A DNA stretch of 62,507 nt, the filler included, from Nitrospinae bacterium RIFCSPLOWO2_12_FULL_45_22 (lineage in GTDB: Bacteria > 2-12-FULL-45-22), in the NCBI GenBank assembly GCA_001803565.1. It is 4 parts of 4 records of this genome, joined end to end, with 100 filler letters (N's around TTAATTAATTAA, not from the genome) between each part and the next. Parts side by side here need not be neighbours in the genome. Positions count along the whole stretch, not along the records: positions 22,509 to 39,363 come from MHDQ01000040.1; positions 39,464 to 53,208 come from MHDQ01000041.1; 2 more parts are not named here. One strand, written 5' to 3'. The stretch's first letter is position 1, and each line of letters begins with the position of its first letter. Both the position numbers and the translations under genes were made by a program. The notes beneath the pieces are model-generated. The model was not told where the DNA came from. It was given only the letters and a program-made list of their open reading frames with translations, and ran no database searches. Positions 28,392 through 40,274 of the stretch are shown here, piece by piece.

Positions 28392-29906
28392 TCACCCCTT
28401 AGCAAGGGGCTTCAGATTTTGCTGGCATATATATAATATTTGTCTCAATTCTGTTTTACTATAAACAGAATTAAGGACATTTTTCTCCTGACCCATACCA
28501 TGAGTGAATACAGTTAGGGCATTCTTATACTCCTTGGCGGCGTTGACTTTGTTCCCATTAGCCAGATAGAGTTCTCCCAGATAATAATGGGCTAAAGCCA
28601 AATTTGGTTGAAGATAAATGGCCTTCTTAAACTCCATTAAAGCCTTATCTGTTTCTTCCTTATCTTTATAAATCAATCCTGACAGGAGATGGCCTTCGAC
28701 GGATAATGGATCAGCTTCTAACAAATCATGACATATACTCAAGGCATCTTCAAGCTTGCCTAAACAAATATATACATAGCTCAACAAGACAGACGCTTCA
28801 GTATAGTTTGTATTATCGTTTAAGATAAGATTTAATATCTCCTTAGCCTTTTCATATTCTCCTCCTCCTATATGCCTTAGGCTTGCACTTATGGGGTCTT
28901 CTTCCCTTACTGGGTCTGTTTTAGTGCATTCACGAGAAATAGGTTTTGGCGAAGGGGGGGGAATTTTTGGTAGAGGTGTAGTCAGCAAGATTTTCCCTAG
29001 GTGCTTTCTGTCCACTCTTTCTCCTGATTCCGCGGGATGCTTCTCTTTGATATAATAAAAAACATTTTCTTTCTCCTGGAGTTGAAATGCGTGAGATAGG
29101 TGGAAAAGGGATTCTGCAGCACCGGTAAAAAGATATCCTTTCTCAGCTAAGCATTGGTAGAGGTTATGAAGTACTTTTCTAGCGGAATCGGGTCTAAAAT
29201 AAATAATCACATTTTTGCACAAGATAATATCATGCCCTCGCATATCCTCTATCGGGAAAGGATCATTGACTAAATTAAGCAAAGAAAAGTTGACCATATT
29301 CTTAACTTCTTCATGAAGGTGATAGTTGCCTCCCGAGAGGGTAAAATATTTCTCTAAATATCTTCTTTCTGTGTTCCTGAAGGAATTTTTCCCGTATATG
29401 CCCTCTTTTGCTTTTTTTAGCGCTTTGGTACTTACATCTGTCGCCAATATTTCTAGTTTAAAGTCCATTAGCAGTTCTTTCAGTTCCAATAAGGTCATAG
29501 CTATAGAATAAGGTTCCTCGCCCGTAGAACAACCGGCAGACCATATCTTTAATACCCTCTTAAGTCTTGAACCAATCTTTTTCTGGATTATTTCCGGGAT
29601 AATATTTGTCTTTATAAAATCAAATTGCCAGGGGTCCCTGAAGAAATATGTTTCATGGACAGTAATGGTATTTAGTAGCTCCTGGAATTCTTCCTCACCA
29701 CCGTTTGTAAGGAGGCAATTATAGTATTCCTTAAATCCGGTGAAATTCCTCTGGGCAATACGAATACTTACATTGCTCCTCAGAGAATCCCACAAAGACC
29801 TTTCCAGATGGATCCCACTTCGGTTTTCAATAAGGTCTTGCAAAAGAAAAAAATCTTCCAGGGATAACTCGATAGCAGAATTGGTTGATGCGTTAGTTAC
29901 TATCAT
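28392..29906 (-). CDS. cheR: Chemotaxis methyltransferase with C-terminal TPRs
   Basis: ETYFFRD, WSAGCSTGEEPYS, CKNVIIYF, TPR tail. Confidence 0.93.
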   Translation of the reverse strand: MIVTNASTNSAIELSLEDFFLLQDLIENRSGIHLERSLWDSLRSNVSIRIAQRNFTGFKEYYNCLLTNGGEEEFQELLNTITVHETYFFRDPWQFDFIKTNIIPEIIQKKIGSRLKRVLKIWSAGCSTGEEPYSIAMTLLELKELLMDFKLEILATDVSTKALKKAKEGIYGKNSFRNTERRYLEKYFTLSGGNYHLHEEVKNMVNFSLLNLVNDPFPIEDMRGHDIILCKNVIIYFRPDSARKVLHNLYQCLAEKGYLFTGAAESLFHLSHAFQLQEKENVFYYIKEKHPAESGERVDRKHLGKILLTTPLPKIPPPSPKPISRECTKTDPVREEDPISASLRHIGGGEYEKAKEILNLILNDNTNYTEASVLLSYVYICLGKLEDALSICHDLLEADPLSVEGHLLSGLIYKDKEETDKALMEFKKAIYLQPNLALAHYYLGELYLANGNKVNAAKEYKNALTVFTHGMGQEKNVLNSVYSKTELRQILYICQQNLKPLAKG

Positions 29907-31386
29907 CCTTTTTCTCCATAAGGCAGACCCTGTTCCTACCAAGACTTTTTGCCTGGTACATGGCTTTATCAGCAAAGAAAATGAGCTCTCCCAGGGAGGG
30001 CTCTTCCCCTCCCGAGGACCATGATATACCTATGCTTACAGTTATCTTCAGGGATTGATTTTGGAGTATAAATTGGTGGTCCTCGATCTGCTTTCTTATC
30101 CGCTCGCAAAGGATTTTTGCACCATTAATAGGGGTTTCTACTAACAGGAGGGAAAATTCTTCCCCCCCAAAGCGGGCTAATAAGTCGGTCGTGCGGCATT
30201 CTTCTTGAATAATTCTGGCTATCTCTCTCAGGACAAAATCTCCTGCCATATGGCCATAAGTATCATTGATCTTTTTAAAATGATCAATATCCATGATTGC
30301 CAAAGAAAATATGGTTTTATATCTGATAGCCCTATAATATTCCCGGTTCAATACCTCAAAGAAGTGTCTCCTATTATATAACCCAGTTAAATCATCGGTA
30401 ATAGCTAAACCCCTTAACCTCTCAAATAAAAAGCCATCCTCTAAAACGATAAAAGCCTGTCTAGAAATTCGCTTTAATCTCTCCAGCTCTTCTGTATTCT
30501 CCATAACTATGGGGGACAAACAGAAGGTAAATAACCCAGGTATCTTTCCTCCCTCTTCTCTAGGGATATGGAACAGTCTCTGGGCGAGATCTCTTATTAA
30601 ACATTCTTCTTCTATTATCAGCTCTCTGTTATCATCTCGGACAATTATTTGCAAATTTTCGCTTTCTGAGCCGGTCTCCCCCGCCCGACCCCCAGCAAAT
30701 ATTTTGAGACTCTCGCCTTTGATCTTACCCAGATCGAACCGTCCTACCTTAGAATTGACTTTAAGATAGCTGTGACATTCTTTTCTATCTCCCATAATTA
30801 GGGCAGCTACGGGGAAACTAATAAATGACTCATAGAGTTTAAATAAGGCATTTACGGTCTCAAGAAGGTTGTCATTAGAAAGGGAAAGCTGTCCGATTTG
30901 GTTCGATATGGTGGCTTCATAAAGGCTCTTATCTAATAGCTCATTTATCCTGTATAAGATTTCCCACATATCAGGAGGTTTTAGCTTTTGTACCAATTCA
31001 CCTGAGCCAGCGTATTGTGGTCTAAACCTCAAGAGAACCTCTATCGTCCCTAGTAAATCTGTATGCCACATATCTTTAAGGATGTATTTATCGGCCCCGG
31101 TTTGTAAGCCCCAAAATTTATCTGCCGGTTGGTCTCTTGAGGTGAAAAGAATAATCGGGATACGAGAGGTAGACCTCTCGTTCTTCAGGTAGCGGCAGGT
31201 CTGATAACCATTCATATTAGGCATCATTATATCCAGGATAATAAGGTCTGGGTGTTCGGTGAAGGTTTTTTCTACCGCCTCTACACCATTTAATGCCGTT
31301 ACAATCTGATATCCAGCATCTCTTAAATAAGCCCCTATCATATCCAGGATGGTGGGGCTGTCATCCGTAATAAGAATTTTTGCCAT
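29893..31386 (-). CDS. REC-GGDEF diguanylate cyclase
   Basis: N-terminal REC (LDIMMP), TDDLTGLYNRR, RTTD I-site, GGEEF. Confidence 0.92.
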   Translation of the reverse strand: MAKILITDDSPTILDMIGAYLRDAGYQIVTALNGVEAVEKTFTEHPDLIILDIMMPNMNGYQTCRYLKNERSTSRIPIILFTSRDQPADKFWGLQTGADKYILKDMWHTDLLGTIEVLLRFRPQYAGSGELVQKLKPPDMWEILYRINELLDKSLYEATISNQIGQLSLSNDNLLETVNALFKLYESFISFPVAALIMGDRKECHSYLKVNSKVGRFDLGKIKGESLKIFAGGRAGETGSESENLQIIVRDDNRELIIEEECLIRDLAQRLFHIPREEGGKIPGLFTFCLSPIVMENTEELERLKRISRQAFIVLEDGFLFERLRGLAITDDLTGLYNRRHFFEVLNREYYRAIRYKTIFSLAIMDIDHFKKINDTYGHMAGDFVLREIARIIQEECRTTDLLARFGGEEFSLLLVETPINGAKILCERIRKQIEDHQFILQNQSLKITVSIGISWSSGGEEPSLGELIFFADKAMYQAKSLGRNRVCLMEKKDDSN

Positions 31387-31387
31387 C

Positions 31388-31975
31388 CTATGTCTTACTC
31401 CCTAAACTCAATAATCTATCTATTATGCCCTGGATGGATAAGACCTCATCTGCTGCTCCTATATCTATAGCCACCTTAGGCATACCGAATATAGTACAAC
31501 TACCCTCATCCTGTACCAGGGTAATCCCGTCCCCCTCCTTAATGGCCCTAAGCCCTCTAGCCCCGTCCTCTCCCATACCGGTTAACAAGACCCCTATAGC
31601 CCGTGTGCCATAAACTTCTGCCACGGATTCCATGAGGAAATCAATAGAAGGGCGGTGTCCTTTGAAAACGGGGGCAGAAAGAAGTCTTATCTGGCCCTTT
31701 TTATTTACTATGGTGTGGTATTTATCAGGGGCCAGGAAGGCCCTCCCCCCCTCCACCCGATCCCCTGTCTGGGCAAGCTTCACTTCTATCAAAGAAGTTT
31801 TATTGAGCCCCTCTGCTAATTTCTCAACAAAGCCTTCAGCAATATGCTGGACAATTATTATACCCAGAGGGAATTGGCTGGGGAGGAAAGATAAAATCTC
31901 CCTGATGACCTTAGGGCCGCCAGCCGAGGCCCCTATAGCAATGATTTCATAGTTATTATTCCCCTTTTTCTTCAT
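31388..31975 (-). CDS. cheB: Chemotaxis methylesterase, catalytic domain only
   Basis: GASAGG, VQHI, RPSID, LTGMGEDG; 195 aa with no REC domain. Confidence 0.92.
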   Translation of the reverse strand: MKKKGNNNYEIIAIGASAGGPKVIREILSFLPSQFPLGIIIVQHIAEGFVEKLAEGLNKTSLIEVKLAQTGDRVEGGRAFLAPDKYHTIVNKKGQIRLLSAPVFKGHRPSIDFLMESVAEVYGTRAIGVLLTGMGEDGARGLRAIKEGDGITLVQDEGSCTIFGMPKVAIDIGAADEVLSIQGIIDRLLSLGSKT

Positions 31976-32028
31976 CTGTCATATCAATTATTCCCAATTA
32001 TGCGTGAATTGTAGCCGTAACCTTTGGC

Positions 32029-34137
32029 TTATCGCTTCGCTAACTTTTCAATGATAGCGAGGAATTCTCCTTGATCAAAGCTACTCTTTAGCATATAGGC
32101 ATCAGCCCCTACCTCTAATCCCCTCAACCTATCTTCTCTTTTCTCTTTCGTGGTTACTATAATGATGGGAATTTCTTTATGTCGGTCATCTTTTCGCACG
32201 GCAGCTACTAATTCGAACCCATTCATTCGGGGCATCTCAATATCAGTAATGATAAGATCAAAGTCCTGTTCTTTAAGCTTTTCCAGGGCCTCAAGACCAT
32301 CTCTGGCCGTTTCTACTTTATAACCAGCCATTTGTAATATATTCTTTTCTAAATCCCGAACGATTAAGGAGTCTTCGGCTAACAGTAAAGACAATGGCCC
32401 TTTCTTCGTCTCCTCTATTTTCCCCCTCTCTAGGGGAATTCCCTTACGCAACCCTTGAATAATAGCCTCAACAATGGCTGTTACATTCAGAGCTAAGGCC
32501 ACCCCACCATTGCTCAAGCCAGCAACCCCACTGATCTCCCGTGTAGCTCTAAAATATCTCCCTAGCTTTTTGATTACTATATCTTTTTCTTCTAAGACTT
32601 TATCTGCCAAAATGCCCACCCGCTGCTCTCCATGTTTAATAATTAAGGCATAGTATTTCTGCCCATCCCCCTGGACGGTAGGCAACTGGAGTAAGCCAGT
32701 CAATTTTGCCGCCGGGATAGTTTTGCCATGGAAGGAGATAACATCTCTGTTTTCTAAGCTCATGACCTTATTGGGATCAAGATAAACTACCTCTTCAATA
32801 AAGCTCAAAGGAATAGCAAAGGTAGAGTCCCCGGAAGTAAACAATAAGGACGGTATTAGGGCCAGATAAAAAGGGAGGTTCAGTAGGCATCTGGTCCCAT
32901 TTCCTCTTTCAGTGGTCAGGGTTACGGTTCCATTCAGCTTCTCCACGGTTCCTCTAACTATATCCAGACCTATTCCCCGCCCTGAAACCTCGGTAATAAT
33001 TGATTGGGTAGTGAAGCCAGGGTTAAAAATAAACCTCAACAATTCCCCCTCCGGGAGGGAGGCAGCCTCTTCTTGGGACAAGAAGCCTTTTTTGACTATC
33101 TCGTCCTGGATTTTAGGAAAATCTATTCCCTGGCCATCATCCTCTATCTCTATTGATATCCGATTCCCTTTTTGGGAGGCACACACCCTTAGTTTCCCTT
33201 TAGGGGGTTTACCCAGGAGTCTTCGTTGCTCAGGATGCTCAATCCCATGGTCTATGGCATTTCTAACAAGATGTATGAGGGGGGCGTCAATTTGATTAAT
33301 AATCCTTTGATCAATAGCTATCTCTCCCCCTTCTATTACCAGCTCAACTTCCTTACCCAATTCCTGGGAAAGGTCCCTAACTGCCCTGGGTAAACCATCA
33401 AAGACATGGGCAAGGGGGATTAAGGAGATAGCTAATACTTCTTCCTGAAGCTGATGGATCAATCTATCACCTAATACCACTTCTTCACTATAATTTTCTA
33501 AAAATTTTTTATAACTTGTCCTCAATTCTTGTGGTAATCCTTGAAATATTGGTGATAATAAGTTACTCAACTGATGGTACCTCTCCTCTTCCCGCATTAT
33601 CCAATACCTTAACTCGCTAGATATCTTAGATAATTGCTCAATTATACTGGCATTTATGCGTACCGTTTCTAGATCAGAGATTTGGAGATAATGGTAGGTG
33701 GAAGTAGGGGTCATCTCATTGGGTGGTAAGGCTGGCTGCATTTTCTCTGCTGAAATCGCCGATTCGAGGCTGGCACAGAGATCAGATGGATCAAGGGTTT
33801 CCTTGCCGTCCTGTGCTATAACTTCTACCATTCGGGAAAGTAAATCTATACTTTGATAAAGTATATTCATTCCTTGAGGGTTCAAGCCTTCCTCCCCCCC
33901 TTTTTCTTTATCCAACATAGCTTCTATCGAATGGGCAAGGGTGCTAATATTTTTTAGCCCCAGCATATTAGCTGAACCTTTAATAGTATGAACCTCCCTC
34001 AAAACCCCTTGTAATATATCTCTATTCCCCTTCTCTGCCTCTAAAGAGATGAAGTCATGTTCTACTCTTCTGAGGCGTTCTCTAGTCTCTTCTACAAATT
34101 TCTTTATAAAAGGGGTGCGATCAAAATCTTTAGCCAT
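32029..34137 (-). CDS. cheA: CheA-CheW-REC hybrid kinase
   Basis: HPt [28 protein letters not shown], CheW domain, C-terminal REC. Confidence 0.95.
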   Translation of the reverse strand: MAKDFDRTPFIKKFVEETRERLRRVEHDFISLEAEKGNRDILQGVLREVHTIKGSANMLGLKNISTLAHSIEAMLDKEKGGEEGLNPQGMNILYQSIDLLSRMVEVIAQDGKETLDPSDLCASLESAISAEKMQPALPPNEMTPTSTYHYLQISDLETVRINASIIEQLSKISSELRYWIMREEERYHQLSNLLSPIFQGLPQELRTSYKKFLENYSEEVVLGDRLIHQLQEEVLAISLIPLAHVFDGLPRAVRDLSQELGKEVELVIEGGEIAIDQRIINQIDAPLIHLVRNAIDHGIEHPEQRRLLGKPPKGKLRVCASQKGNRISIEIEDDGQGIDFPKIQDEIVKKGFLSQEEAASLPEGELLRFIFNPGFTTQSIITEVSGRGIGLDIVRGTVEKLNGTVTLTTERGNGTRCLLNLPFYLALIPSLLFTSGDSTFAIPLSFIEEVVYLDPNKVMSLENRDVISFHGKTIPAAKLTGLLQLPTVQGDGQKYYALIIKHGEQRVGILADKVLEEKDIVIKKLGRYFRATREISGVAGLSNGGVALALNVTAIVEAIIQGLRKGIPLERGKIEETKKGPLSLLLAEDSLIVRDLEKNILQMAGYKVETARDGLEALEKLKEQDFDLIITDIEMPRMNGFELVAAVRKDDRHKEIPIIIVTTKEKREDRLRGLEVGADAYMLKSSFDQGEFLAIIEKLAKR

Positions 34138-35872
34138 CTCCTTTTTCCTTACTAATCTTGAACAATTTAGACATCCTTCCTTCAAATCCCTCGGTCATTT
34201 TGTTTAAATCAGCCGCAGCATTTTCCGATTGCTTCATACTAGAGGCCATTTCGTTTACTACTTTAGAGATTTCTCGCATGGTAACCGCTACTTGCTCACT
34301 GGCAATTTTTTGTTGCTGGGTAACCGAGGTAATCTGCTTAGTGGCATCAACCATGGTCTCAATAGTGTTCGCAATAGTATATAAATGACTCTCCACTTTT
34401 TTTACCAGAATAACCCCTTCCTCTACTTCTCTAACTTCTTGTTCAGTGGCCAGGACCGAGGCATTAGTGGCTCCTTGTATATCTGTGATTATACCTTGTA
34501 TTTCATCCGTAGAACCTCGAACCCTCTCAGCTAGCCTCCTTACCTCTGTGGCAACCACAGAAAATCTCTTGCCGTACTCGCCAGCGCTAGCTGCCTCTAT
34601 AACAGCATTTAGGGCCAGGAGATGGGTTTGATCGGCAATCTCCCTAATCATCTCTACAATACTGCCAACCCGTTGGGACCTCTCACTCAGGGAGAGGGTC
34701 TTACGGCCTAATTCATCGGCCTTATCCTTGATCCTGCTCATAGCCTCGGTCATCTGTGCGACAATTTCTGCGCTGGCCTGAACATTGTTACTGTTTTCCC
34801 AGGCTATTTTTTCTACGGTGGTTGCGTTCTCAGCAATCTGTTGCGCAGTTTTGCTTAGCTCTTCAGTAGTAGCAGTGATTTCACTGATGGAGGTAGCCTG
34901 CTCAACCGAACCGCTGGCTTGTTCCTCTATGGCAGATAGTATCTGAGACGTGGCTGATCTAATCGTCAAAATGGCCCTTTGAACCCCTTCAATAAGCTGC
35001 CGAAGATTTATCACCATATTATTAAAAGAATCGGCTAGATCGCCTTTGATATTGACTTCTTTAGTCAAGTCTCCCTGGGCAATCTCCTGGGCCTGCTGAG
35101 CCAAAAGCCGTAGATTCTCTGCCATCTCATTAAAGCTCCTGCCCAGGTCTCCAATCTCATCCTTGCTATTAGTAGTGATAGCTTCGCCCAGATCCCCCTC
35201 AGCTATCCGTTTAGAGGCATTAATTACCGAATTGATGGGCCGGACAATGATATGGGCCAGATAAAAAGTGATAAGCAAGATACCCGGATAGAATAACCCA
35301 AAACCACCAAAAAGGAGCTTCCAGACATAAGCTGTTGTGCCTTCAGCCTCCCTCTGGAGTTCCTTTACTTTTTGGCCAACAGCCTCGTTCAGCTTATTAC
35401 TATACTCTGTGAGGGAAGTGCCCAAGTGAAAATTAATTTCTTTAATCAGTTCTACTGATCTGGGATCATCCAAAAGGGCACGTAAAGCAAATAGCTCTTC
35501 TGCGCTTTGTTTGATTTGGAGAGATAATTCTTTTATCTGGGCAAGGGAATCTTTTCCTCCTTGGGTGAGCACTATCTTATTTTTTATTAAATGGTTCAAG
35601 CTTGTATTCAAAACTTGAGAAACTTCATTGAAATCATTTAAATATTCTCCTTTTCCGGTAATAAGAAAATAGTTGGGTAGCAGCATTATCCTGGACAAGT
35701 CTACCCGTATTTTACTAACTTCCTGTTGATACTCAGCCAATAACACCAATTTCTCAATAGATTCTGAATAGCGAGATATACCATATTTAGCGATGCTAAG
35801 AACAACTATGACTATTATGGTCAATGCTACTATGCCTGCCAATGCTATTTTTTTCTGTAGATTAAATCTCAT
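34130..35872 (-). CDS. Methyl-accepting chemotaxis protein (2 TM, HAMP)
   Basis: [38 protein letters not shown]. Confidence 0.95.
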   Translation of the reverse strand: MRFNLQKKIALAGIVALTIIVIVVLSIAKYGISRYSESIEKLVLLAEYQQEVSKIRVDLSRIMLLPNYFLITGKGEYLNDFNEVSQVLNTSLNHLIKNKIVLTQGGKDSLAQIKELSLQIKQSAEELFALRALLDDPRSVELIKEINFHLGTSLTEYSNKLNEAVGQKVKELQREAEGTTAYVWKLLFGGFGLFYPGILLITFYLAHIIVRPINSVINASKRIAEGDLGEAITTNSKDEIGDLGRSFNEMAENLRLLAQQAQEIAQGDLTKEVNIKGDLADSFNNMVINLRQLIEGVQRAILTIRSATSQILSAIEEQASGSVEQATSISEITATTEELSKTAQQIAENATTVEKIAWENSNNVQASAEIVAQMTEAMSRIKDKADELGRKTLSLSERSQRVGSIVEMIREIADQTHLLALNAVIEAASAGEYGKRFSVVATEVRRLAERVRGSTDEIQGIITDIQGATNASVLATEQEVREVEEGVILVKKVESHLYTIANTIETMVDATKQITSVTQQQKIASEQVAVTMREISKVVNEMASSMKQSENAAADLNKMTEGFEGRMSKLFKISKEKGDG

Positions 35873-35888
35873 TTTATTGACCCTCCTC

Positions 35889-36431
35889 TCATAATCTTTT
35901 AGGTATTAAGTTAGGCTCTAGCTGATCAGCCTTCGTTGATAGTTGAGTCCAGTTAATTAAATTCTTATCCCTTATTCCCGGCAAATTATTGGTTTCTATT
36001 AAGAGCAGGGGCCTATCAGAGATTAACCCCAGTCCCCAGATATATGTCAAGGGGAGAAGCCGTCTGATACGCTGAGGGAGGGGGTAGAGCTCTCGGGGAG
36101 ATAAACTATAGAATTCCTCAACTTCATCTACTATTATCCCTATGGGTCCGTCATCTGACTTTACTACGATTATGGTAGCCCTTCCCTCTGTCTCTCTTTT
36201 CTGGTCAGCCAACCCCAATATCTCGTTAAAGCCTATCAGCGGGAATTCTACTTTATCCCTGGTTAATGTTGTTATAACCTCAGCCACATTATTTCTGACT
36301 TTAAAAACTTCCTCTGGGGCATACCTGTGTACGCGTAGAATTTGCTTCAATTCCACTCCGAAGCAGGCTTTTCCCGCTTTAAAGGCAAGAATATCTACTT
36401 TATATTCTTTATCTCTCAGTGAACCTGGCAT
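35889..36431 (-). CDS. cheW: CheW-like adaptor
   Basis: Divergent CheW fold ([16 protein letters not shown]); operon context. Confidence 0.75.
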   Translation of the reverse strand: MPGSLRDKEYKVDILAFKAGKACFGVELKQILRVHRYAPEEVFKVRNNVAEVITTLTRDKVEFPLIGFNEILGLADQKRETEGRATIIVVKSDDGPIGIIVDEVEEFYSLSPRELYPLPQRIRRLLPLTYIWGLGLISDRPLLLIETNNLPGIRDKNLINWTQLSTKADQLEPNLIPKRL

Positions 36432-36432
36432 G

Positions 36433-36936
36433 TCATTCTAAAAGTAGCAATTTTTCTAAATCCAAGATTCCTAAGAGCACCTCTCCTATCTGAATCTGAC
36501 CCGTTACATATCCTTTCTGCTTTCCCTCGGATTGTAGGAAGTAGGGCTCTATTTTTTCGTGCATGATCTCTACAATATCCTGGACAGTCTCTATTACCAA
36601 ACCCACTGGCTCGTCGTCAGTCCTGGGTATGAGAAGCCGGCTCTTTTCAGTAAAGGTCGTTTTATCCAAACCAATGAGGGGCTTAATATCTATTACAGAC
36701 AATATTTCTCCGCTATGGTGGGCTACCCCCAGGATATAATCGGGAGTTCCAGGGACGGGTGTAATCGTAGGTATTTTAGTTATCTCCCGTAGCTGAGATA
36801 GGGGGACACCATACCACTCTTTTCCTAGACAAAAAGTCAAAAGAGATAATGTGTCATCTGATTGGTCCTGGTCAGATTCCTCCCGTTGTCTTCTACCCAT
36901 CTCCATTAATACTTCTTTTTCTTCTTCTAATAGCAT
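36433..36936 (-). CDS. cheW: CheW adaptor
   Basis: EWYGVPL, ITPVPGTPDYILGV, GEILSVIDI. Confidence 0.9.
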   Translation of the reverse strand: MLLEEEKEVLMEMGRRQREESDQDQSDDTLSLLTFCLGKEWYGVPLSQLREITKIPTITPVPGTPDYILGVAHHSGEILSVIDIKPLIGLDKTTFTEKSRLLIPRTDDEPVGLVIETVQDIVEIMHEKIEPYFLQSEGKQKGYVTGQIQIGEVLLGILDLEKLLLLE

Positions 36937-36957
36937 CTCTTTGCCTCTGGTTATGAA

Positions 36958-39363
36958 TTAATGTTTGATAACACTTAAGCTTTTTTTAAACTCGAGGGCC
37001 TCTTCTATGGTCTGGCGTAATTTTGCCATTTCAAAAGGCTTACCTATTAAAAGGTCTACCCCTTTCTCTTTTGCCTTGTTAATATCTATTTCCGGTTGCC
37101 AGCCAGTAATCATTATTAGCGGGGTATCAGGGGCAAGGCCTTTGATAGCCTCCGCTATTTGCCAGCCCGATATGCCCGGCATACCGAGATCTGTAAGGAC
37201 CATATCGAACCTTTGGGAAGGAAGGCGCACCTTTAGGCTATCTTCAAAAATCTTTAGCCCTTCTTTGGCATTTGAGGCAGTGGTTATACGGTGTCCCAGG
37301 AAAGTCGCCATTTCATAAAGGACTTCTAACACCAGCTCTTCATCATCAATAGCCAGGATATTTGCCCCTTTAATCTCTTTTATTTCCGGTATAACATCTT
37401 CCTTAACCCTAATTTCTCGTGCCACAGGTAACTTTATGACAAAAGTTGTCCCTTTCCCCTCTTCAGACTTAACATCTATAACCCCGCCGTGGCGGGTAAT
37501 TATCCCATAAGACACGCTCAGCCCTATTCCTGTGCTTTTACTCCCCTTGGTGGTAAAGAAGGGATTGAATATTTTATCCCTGACCTTTTTACTCATCCCT
37601 ATGCCAGTATCTNNNNNNNNNNNNNNNNNNNNNNNNNNNNNNNNNNNNNNNNNNNNNNNNNNNNNNNNNNNNNNNNNNNNNNNNNNNNNNNNNNNNNNNN
37701 NNNNNNNNNNNNNNNNNNNNNNNNNNNNNNNNNNNNNNNNNNNNNNNNNNNNNNNNNNNNNNNNNNNNNNNNNNNNNNNNNNNNTAACACCCCTTTGCTG
37801 GGCCTGATCTTTCCACCGGGGCATAGTAATTTCTATAGCTTGATGGACTATATCATTGAGATTCAAGGAGACAAAGTCAGTCTCCTGTCTTATTCGACTA
37901 AACTCCTGGAGCCGTCTTACCATTTCAGCACCATCACGGCTGGCCAATTCTATTCTCTCAAGGTGCTTCTTAATCCTTTCGGATTCTGATCCCAGATACT
38001 GATCCATGAAGAGTTGCGTACTGCCCAGTATTACAGCCAAGAGATTATTAAAATTATGGGCTACCCCACTGGCCATCTCCCCTAAGACCCTCATCTTCTC
38101 GCTCTCTATGAACTGGTGCTCTAATCTTCTCTGGTCGGTGATATCTTTAACGATACCCAGGGTGCCAATGACCTTCCCATTATTGTCTTTAAGAAAGGAT
38201 AAAGAGCAGTTCAACAGAATTACCCGGCCATCTTTATACCGGGCCTCTAGCTCATAGTTCTTTAAGCTACCCCTTTCCCGCAATAACTCGGCTATATGGA
38301 GGGCCTCTGGCTCTCCTTTCACGAAGAATTCGTGAATAGGTCTACCCAGGGCCTCTTCTGGTGTATAACCAAACATATCTTGCATCCCTTTGTTGCCAAA
38401 GACCAGTCTACCTTCATTATCAACGGTTAAAACGCCATCTATGGAACTCTCTACCAGATTCCCTAAATAGTCCCTCGTGGACCTTATTTCTTCCTCTAGC
38501 CTCTTTTGCTCCCTGATGTCCCTCCCAATACCAATAATGCTTATTATCTTCCCCTGGCTGTCCTTTATAACCGATGCAGCCGCGAGTGTAGGGACAATGG
38601 TCCCATCTTTGGCTATGAAGCCGACCTCATAATCTCTGATCCGTCCATGCTCCTCTAACAGGCGCATTATTTTTTTGGCATCCTCTATCCCCCCGGCGTA
38701 ATACTGAGAGATGGGTTTTCCCAGGACTTCTTCGGGTTTGTAACCATAGATCTCTTCTGTTGCCTTACTATAGAAGATAATAATTCCCTTTTTGTCCTGG
38801 ACCAGGATGGCATCGGCTGAATTGTCAATGAGCCTATTCAGATAATCCCTGGCCTCTTTCGCCTCGGTGTATAAGCGGGCATTTTCTAAGGCCGCGCCAA
38901 TGCCCTTGCCGATAGACTCCATCAGGGATACATCCTCCGGGTCAAATCTTTTGGTATGGCGACTTACAAGACCCATTACCCCCAGGCATTTATCCCTTAT
39001 CTTTATGGGAATGGAGATATAGGTCTTTATCCCTCCCTTCCTGGTTATCTCTCTCTTTGCCTCAGGGCCTTCAGAAAAATTATCTATTATTTTAAGTTTT
39101 CCGGTCTGGACTACCTGTCCTGATACCCCCTCATCTAACTTGATTGGCCTCTCTATTAATTCTTGGTAAAAATCAACACCCCTGGGAAAAGCAATATAGG
39201 CTGCCAGGCGAAGCTCATTGGTGCCTTCGTTAACGAGCGCTATCATACCCCCTTCCAGGGATAGTATTTCTATGGATTTAGCTAAGGCATTTTGCAGGAT
39301 TTCTTGAGTCGTTAATGTGCTGTTTAAGAGTTGAGTGATCTCATAGAGGCTGCTAAGCCTTAG
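36958..39363 (-). CDS. Hybrid histidine kinase GAF-PAS-PAS-HisKA-HATPase-REC (5' truncated, internal gap)
   Basis: GVAHNFNN, PFFTTKG, TGIGLS, LTDLGMP; the frame is open up to the linker. Confidence 0.9.
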   Translation of the reverse strand, partial: LRLSSLYEITQLLNSTLTTQEILQNALAKSIEILSLEGGMIALVNEGTNELRLAAYIAFPRGVDFYQELIERPIKLDEGVSGQVVQTGKLKIIDNFSEGPEAKREITRKGGIKTYISIPIKIRDKCLGVMGLVSRHTKRFDPEDVSLMESIGKGIGAALENARLYTEAKEARDYLNRLIDNSADAILVQDKKGIIIFYSKATEEIYGYKPEEVLGKPISQYYAGGIEDAKKIMRLLEEHGRIRDYEVGFIAKDGTIVPTLAAASVIKDSQGKIISIIGIGRDIREQKRLEEEIRSTRDYLGNLVESSIDGVLTVDNEGRLVFGNKGMQDMFGYTPEEALGRPIHEFFVKGEPEALHIAELLRERGSLKNYELEARYKDGRVILLNCSLSFLKDNNGKVIGTLGIVKDITDQRRLEHQFIESEKMRVLGEMASGVAHNFNNLLAVILGSTQLFMDQYLGSESERIKKHLERIELASRDGAEMVRRLQEFSRIRQETDFVSLNLNDIVHQAIEITMPRWKDQAQQRGVXXXXXXXXXXXXXXXXXXXXXXXXXXXXXXXXXXXXXXXXXXXXXXXXXXXXXXXXXXDTGIGMSKKVRDKIFNPFFTTKGSKSTGIGLSVSYGIITRHGGVIDVKSEEGKGTTFVIKLPVAREIRVKEDVIPEIKEIKGANILAIDDEELVLEVLYEMATFLGHRITTASNAKEGLKIFEDSLKVRLPSQRFDMVLTDLGMPGISGWQIAEAIKGLAPDTPLIMITGWQPEIDINKAKEKGVDLLIGKPFEMAKLRQTIEEALEFKKSLSVIKH

Positions 39364-39463
39364 NNNNNNNNNNNNNNNNNNNNNNNNNNNNNNNNNNNNN
39401 NNNNNNNTTAATTAATTAANNNNNNNNNNNNNNNNNNNNNNNNNNNNNNNNNNNNNNNNNNNN
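39364..39463. other. Artificial contig linker
   Basis: N run, TTAATTAATTAA (39408-39419), N run. Confidence 0.95.
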
Positions 39464-40092
39464 TAAATCTCCTGGGCAATATCTTTATCCACGGCTATAT
39501 CCGTCTGGCCGCTGCTGATAATATAAGATGGTTGGCGTTGGAGGAGTCTGACAATACTTCCTGGGGTAAGACCCAAAGAGCTAAGTTGTACTAGCCGGTG
39601 CCTATGTTTGGAGGCAATAAACACAATCCTCCCTTGATTCCCTAGCTGCAAGTCACAAAGGCGAGTGACTAAGGGTTTGACCTCCACTTGATACTTGCGG
39701 CAGCACTCATCGGGGGGGATGGGTTTACCGTGGGGGCAATAGCGGGGATGACCTAAAAAGGTACAGACACTCTCAGTTACCCTGGCTGATAGGATATGCT
39801 CGAATTTGCAGGCCGTTGGTTCTACCTGGCTGTCTTCCAATTCAAATACCAGGGAAAGCAGGGTCTCAGCCAGGCGATGTCGGCGTATAATCTCACTGGC
39901 TTTCTCCTCACCCGCGGTCTGGAGGTAAACTTTATTATCCTGAAAGCTGATCAAGCCCCTCTGGGCCATATCTTGTAAGAGATGGATAATCTCTCTTTGC
40001 TGGCCGAGTTGAGGGATCTCATCCAGTGTTTCTTTACCCTCCTCACGTGCCGTCCAGATAAGCTCTAATATCTCATCTTCATTATATTCCAT
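39464..40092 (-). CDS. DtxR/MntR-family metal-dependent regulator with FeoA domain (3' cut by linker)
   Basis: IIRRHRLAE, ACKFEHILS, LGHPRYCPHGKPIP; FeoA-like SLGLTPGS. Confidence 0.9.
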
Positions 40093-40211
40093 GGGCTTCC
40101 TTCCGGTAAAGTCAATTCCATTCTCGTTTAACGAAGTCATTTCTACTATTTACCCCCCTTGAATGACGATAACTACAGTAAACAGCAAAAATAAGTTGAC
40201 ATAAATCACAC

Positions 40212-40266
40212 CTAGCCGCAGGCTTTAGGCCTGCGAAAATAACGCACCCATGAAGGGTGCGGCTAG
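40212..40266. repeat. REP-like double hairpin
   Basis: ctagccgcaggctttaggcctgcg...cgcacccatgaagggtgcggctag. Confidence 0.7.
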
Positions 40267-40274
40267 CTAAAGAA

